In this document: positions 59,596 through 64,000 of the stretch, in pieces | How positions within the stretch are numbered: position 1 is the stretch's first letter | Layout of the letters: each line of letters begins with the position of its first letter | Translations under genes and position numbers: made by a program | Assembly (NCBI GenBank): GCA_038496445.1 | Contig: JALMLS010000216.1 | Location: 594,144 to 658,143 of the forward strand | DNA length: 64,000 nt | Reading direction: 5' to 3' | From: Trichosphaerium sp. ATCC 40318 | Taxonomy: Eukaryota; Protista; Tubulinea | The notes under the pieces: model-generated | Seen by the model: the letters and a program-made list of their open reading frames with translations, nothing else | What the model was told of the DNA's origin: nothing | Database searches by the model: none

Positions 59596-61086
59596 CTAAA
59601 GCTTCACTTTTTGCAAAAAGCGTGAAAGTGTTTTACCATATGGAATCTGTGACAGATGATTCGGAGATACGTATGTGACACGATTACCATCACGGTCATT
59701 CTGTGACACATGAGACAAGTGATAAAATTCGCATGCTCCATGAAGCTAAAAGACAAAAAATTAGAAAAATCGGAAAAAAAGAAAAAAATTGATCTTTTTT
59801 CAATTTATGTATCTGGTGCCTCCAGGCTGTCATCAAAGTACGTTGATTAAAAAACCAGATACTTAAATATTATGTACAGCTGGAATATGAAAGTACTTGT
59901 GGACAGCAACGTCCAATTTTTCTGCAAACAAAAAGATACTTTGGTTTTTTTTTACCAATTTACATAAATAACTAATGCTTACCATCAAGCGTTCATAGCT
60001 AGAATCCATTACAAACTTCAAAGTTACAGAATCTTCTTTTCTCTATCAAAAAAAAATTAGTTATGATCACGTGACTGAACGACAGGTAAAAACTTGATAA
60101 AACGTACCAAGTTTGTAACCAATAAATTATCCATCTTTAAAAAATTAGGCTCTGCCTTATTATGGAAAAGAGCACGTTGTGTTGACTTATCAATACGACG
60201 CCATGATTGTTGTGGTGAGTATGTTCGTTGTATAGGCTTTTTTGGTTCTCCTGTACGTCCAAGCATTGCATCTTGTTCTTTCTCTGTAATGTTTACAATT
60301 GACGCCAAGAATTTCTGATTTGCGGGCAAAAATAGCTCCGCAGGGAACGTAGGACCCATAGGTTCTAAAGAAAACTGTTACACAAACAAATACAAGACAA
60401 TTTCGCTCATTTTCGTTGATTTATCTCTTACCTGTCACTAAAAAATCATTCCAGTCCTCATCGTCTCCACCAAGCTCACGCAGCTCTTCTAAGAAGCGAG
60501 AAAGCGCAACTTCTGTAATAAATTGTGAGTGTGGTACGATTATTTTTATGTAACTACATATGGAGGTATGTAGTACATCCTATAGGTACTAACCTTGCTG
60601 AATACGCCTTTTGTGCTTTTGACCGAGCTTAACTCTGCCATGAGGTCTGTACATATAACTCTGGCGACTATGGGTGGTAGTTATCGTTTGCTCACTCTGT
60701 TGGCTTCGTAAACTCTCTCCTGTGGTTCAAGTTTTAACGCTTGGGATACAAAAGGAGATTGGCCCGTTTTATAAGTTTATCTACGCGCATAGAGCGCGCA
60801 CGGGCCGTCATTTATCGAAAACACAACTTGGAGACAAAATGACAACGTACTGCTTGATCGTCGCTTGTGTCTGCTTACAGTTGGCGTTGAAGGTTGTGGC
60901 GCACGCACTGTAACTGGCGCAGTACCGTATGTGGTCAATTCAACATCTACTAACCTAAACACATGTCAAAACCGCGTAATCAATTACCACAGCGCCAACA
61001 GAATCCCGAAGGTGAAATTACGAAAGACAGTTCCATACGCACTCTCTCAACAAGAAATCTATATCACCTCTATCTTCGTTTTCCAT
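59596..61086 (-). CDS. R3H domain protein (R3HDM4-like), spliced
   Basis: GQKHKRR..., WRRIDKSTQRAL, and the spliced SSYERLM|LHGACEFYHLSHVS...RVTYV (RxxxH R3H core). The start is approximate. Confidence 0.7.
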
Positions 61087-61315
61087 ATTACTAGCTCTCT
61101 ACGTTGTTTGGTTGCGATTTGGAATGGTTAAGCGAAATTTGATGAATAAGTGAAAATTCACCGTTGAATAACACTTTTGGTGCAACAGCAATCAGCGTCT
61201 CCAAACGCTAGCGTATACGACATCATATTAACTGTCCAAAAGGTAACTTTCAAACTCCATAAATCCTTGTGAGGAGCGAGATATTTACTGTTCTTTCGAA
61301 AAAAACTTATTTATT

Positions 61316-62170
61316 TCATAGCTTGCTGCCAACAACCAAATCACCTTCCGCTTGCAATATTTTCCATGTCCTGTATACAACGTTACCTTGCCCAGGACTG
61401 CATTCCTCAACTAGAGTGTCACCGACGCGTGTCATAGACTTGAACACATTATTCTTTTTCAACACAGGTAGTGTTGTTACCAAAACACTGGTAGATCCAT
61501 CACTACTAAACTTACCCAATGTAGCCGAAAACGACAGAAAAGACAACTCTTTGGGGCTTAGTTTGAATCCTTCTTTGTCACGTGACGAGATCTCTGAAAC
61601 CAGAGAAGCAGTTGTCATTCCATCACTAGGCGGTCTATCTACCACGTGTATAAAGTAGTCACCTACCACAACAAAGATCCCTGAAGTTTTGCTGTCTACT
61701 CTATCGCCTTGTAGAGTTTGCGAAGCAAGAGTACAAGCACAAATACGCTTTGATCCAGAATCCGTTTTTCCTGCTGTTATTAGCTCCCAAATTTCTCTGT
61801 AGTCGTCCTCTATGCCATCTTCTTCTATGGTAGTGCTAGTAAGCCATTTAACTTTGCCAACATCTCGCTGTGAAGGTTGTCGTAGATCCAGCTCGCGATG
61901 CCATGTTAAAACCCATTTTTCGCTTTCTCTACGCGTGGAGAGCTTCCCAGCGAAAGATTTCAGCTTGAGAAGTGATAACACTTCTGATTTTGAATATTCG
62001 TTAACACTTTTCTCTGGTAGCCTTATACCCGCCGGCATACGAATATCAGCGAATAGAATAGGCGTTTGTAGCCAGAAAACAGTACTTTTTGTATCCACAC
62101 ATGCGCCAATAGGCTCTTCTTCTCTCAAACGCTTCCAAACGCCTATAAACTGCGGATCAATTGTTTCCAT
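61316..62170 (-). CDS. HRI1-like / conserved hypothetical beta-rich protein, intronless
   Basis: GVWKR...VFWLQTPILFADIRMP...SFAG...WHRELD..P...DVG...EEDG...YREIWE pattern. Confidence 0.6.
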   Translation of the reverse strand: METIDPQFIGVWKRLREEEPIGACVDTKSTVFWLQTPILFADIRMPAGIRLPEKSVNEYSKSEVLSLLKLKSFAGKLSTRRESEKWVLTWHRELDLRQPSQRDVGKVKWLTSTTIEEDGIEDDYREIWELITAGKTDSGSKRICACTLASQTLQGDRVDSKTSGIFVVVGDYFIHVVDRPPSDGMTTASLVSEISSRDKEGFKLSPKELSFLSFSATLGKFSSDGSTSVLVTTLPVLKKNNVFKSMTRVGDTLVEECSPGQGNVVYRTWKILQAEGDLVVGSKL

Positions 62171-62361
62171 TGTGAGCAGGAACGATTAAGTTGCTGTTTA
62201 GCTACGTTACACAAAAAATACCAGAATAATTTTAGTCGAATGTCCTTTTGCTCTTATGACGTTCACAACAACATAAGTACTCTTCAGAAAATAAGGGGGT
62301 TGTAGCTTTCAATACAGACTAGTAATAAACGATTTCCTTTTTTTTTTTACATGTATTTGTT

Positions 62362-63555
62362 TCAATATTCTATAACTGGATTTGGTGGTATCTCGTCATC
62401 AATGATTTTACCAATTTTAAAATCCACTGCTGTTCCGAAATTTAGGTGTGCCGTAATACCAACAACACGGACATGTACTTTACCATCCAAGACAACAGGC
62501 AAAGACCCTTGAAGTAAATATTTTGATATCTTAGTCAATAATGGTATTAGATCTTCTTCGTGTAATTGGCTAAGTTTTTCAGAAGTAAACTCGAAGTCTA
62601 TTGGTAGTCTCTACACCATTAAGTTAAAAGCTGCTTTTTCAATAGAACTGCATACCACTACATCGCTTGATACAAGCGTAGGCTCCGTGATAACTACCTG
62701 TTTAAGCTTAACAAAAGAGCATTTTACATTGCTTTTTTACTTACGTTTCCAACTCTATACCCAAAAGACTTACGTCAAAATCTGCATTTTCTAGTAATAC
62801 AGAGACATAGTTCCTGTTGTCTATTACCATCTCGAACTAATTAAAAAGTAAGGGACAAGCAAAATCAACATAAAAAAAATAGTTGGAGTTTTTTTTCGGT
62901 TACAATGACGTTTTATGCAAAAGATGGCGTACAAAAAATGTGGCAGTTATAACAGGTATTTTAGTGTATGAACTTATTGATGCTGTAAATAGAGGTAGTT
63001 AGTTATTACAAGACGTAACCCTATCTTACCATTTTTGTATATTTGCGTTTTGTACACTAAACTCTATTGGCTTAGGAGCTAAAGCTAAGCGCAAATGTAA
63101 GTTATTGTACTATTACGTTCGATAACAAAGGACTTGACAGGTAGTATTCATTGAAACAAAATGACACATTTCTGTTGAAAAAAAAACTTGGTAAGGAAGA
63201 ATGAATGTAGCCTTACGAAAATTATATTAATGTAAAATAAACCAGTGTTCGTTTAGAAGCTATATTAAGAAACCGAAATCACGTGTATGTCAAGGAACAC
63301 ATGTGTTTCGAAAACTGGTTTTTTTGTGAAACAAATCGATTGTATCAAACACTACAATGTTCAACGACAGATACGTACACGCAAAAAATATGTATACGCT
63401 TAGCACAACCATTATAACACCAAAAGATTTCCAAATTCTGTAGAACTTCGTTAATTGAAATCAAGTATGATTTTCTAGAGTTAGTTTTGGTGCAATTAGC
63501 CAAAATCTGATACCTTCTGTACCGTAGTGCACGTAATCGCTTAATGTACTCCATT
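62362..63555 (-). CDS. Hypothetical membrane-anchored protein, possibly LEA_2-like, spliced
   Basis: Last exons read VLLENADFD...LPIDFEF...LLQGSLPVVLDGKVHVRVVGITAHLNF...PVIEY-stop. The 5' structure is unresolved. Confidence 0.4.
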
Positions 63556-63837
63556 TGATCACTATCTTGTACATTTTCATCTAAAGACAGCTTCTATTCA
63601 TTGTTTGTACTTGATACGATGAATTGCACCATCTCATTGTTTGTACCTGAACTTTCTTGTTCACAGGGCGTCTACGTAAAGCCAATCCCCTCTCGTTTAT
63701 CTTATGGCTACGAGAAAGCGTAAGAGCGGCAAAAGGGTTCGACATCGTCTTATATGACCCGTTCTGGGGCCTTTTTTAGATTTTGGTCATCAAAATTATG
63801 CAAACACGGCTTTTTAGTTATCCCCTAATATATAACA

Positions 63838-64000
63838 ATGATAAGAACTGTAATACTAGCACTATTCGTAGTTGCAACAGTAGTTGCACAAGGTAAAGCC
63901 GGTTGCGAATGCAATGATGGAAACAAATGCGCTTGCTGCGCTTCGTACGAAAGTGGTGTATTCAAACTAGAAGCTTGTGCTAACCTCGAATGGTCACCAG
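63838..64000 (+). CDS. 5' part of a secreted Cys-rich protein (DUF4773-like), truncated by the window end
   Basis: MIRTVILALFVVATVVAQ signal peptide, then CECNDGNKCACCA...ACANLEWSP. Confidence 0.65.
   Translation, partial: MIRTVILALFVVATVVAQGKAGCECNDGNKCACCASYESGVFKLEACANLEWSP

Noticed and set aside
33464-62189. Numerous antisense or alternative-frame ORFs in the track (e.g. 33464-33949 +, 39693-40088 +, 41506-41937 +, 49938-50738 -, 61269-61658 +, 61812-62189 +)
   Set aside because: They are shadows of real genes on the opposite strand or frame, often over low-complexity or repeat coding sequence, and carry no motifs of their own.
63589-63655. Two copies of CATTGTTTGTAC(T/C)TGA
   Set aside because: A short local duplication, probably within the 5' part of the minus-strand gene. 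No further structure.
1-64000. Prokaryotic interpretation (operons, CRISPR, IS elements) or an alternative genetic code to explain fragmented ORFs
   Set aside because: In the genes I spliced, the breaks are explained by short GT/GC-AG introns under the standard code. No CRISPR repeat-spacer array, transposase, tRNA or rRNA was seen.

Overview
AT-rich, gene-dense eukaryotic DNA, probably a free-living protist. The gene content looks amoeba-like, but that is inference. Most genes are split by many short (about 40-70 nt) spliceosomal introns, so the ORF track only shows exon fragments. I hand-spliced about 29 protein genes. Housekeeping and trafficking genes: AP endonuclease, UVRAG/Vps38, PPP phosphatase, SMG8, Arf-like GTPase, NAD-formate dehydrogenase, kinesin-6, HPS6-like, GPC1, R3H protein. 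Accessory genes: two F-box/LRR proteins, a MORN-variant repeat protein, a CDC123/R2K ATP-grasp protein, a multi-C-type lectin, and an M12B protease with a ricin domain. The top finding is an intronless, signal-peptide-bearing gene at 19571-20389 whose C-terminal half aligns by eye with the catalytic domain of colicin M, the bacterial lipid II-degrading bacteriocin. It is a candidate horizontally acquired antibacterial effector in a eukaryote. Other notable items: a Roco-type protein in which both ROC GTPase and kinase motifs are degenerate; a GC-rich multi-hairpin candidate ncRNA at about 11.57-11.80 kb; an inverted ~2.3 kb segmental duplication with a hypervariable exon and one frameshifted copy; a CaaX-tailed R2K ATP-grasp protein; and recurrent GCACG (GC-AG) splice donors. 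All family calls come from motif recognition, not database searches. Coordinates of spliced genes span first to last codon, and some starts are approximate.
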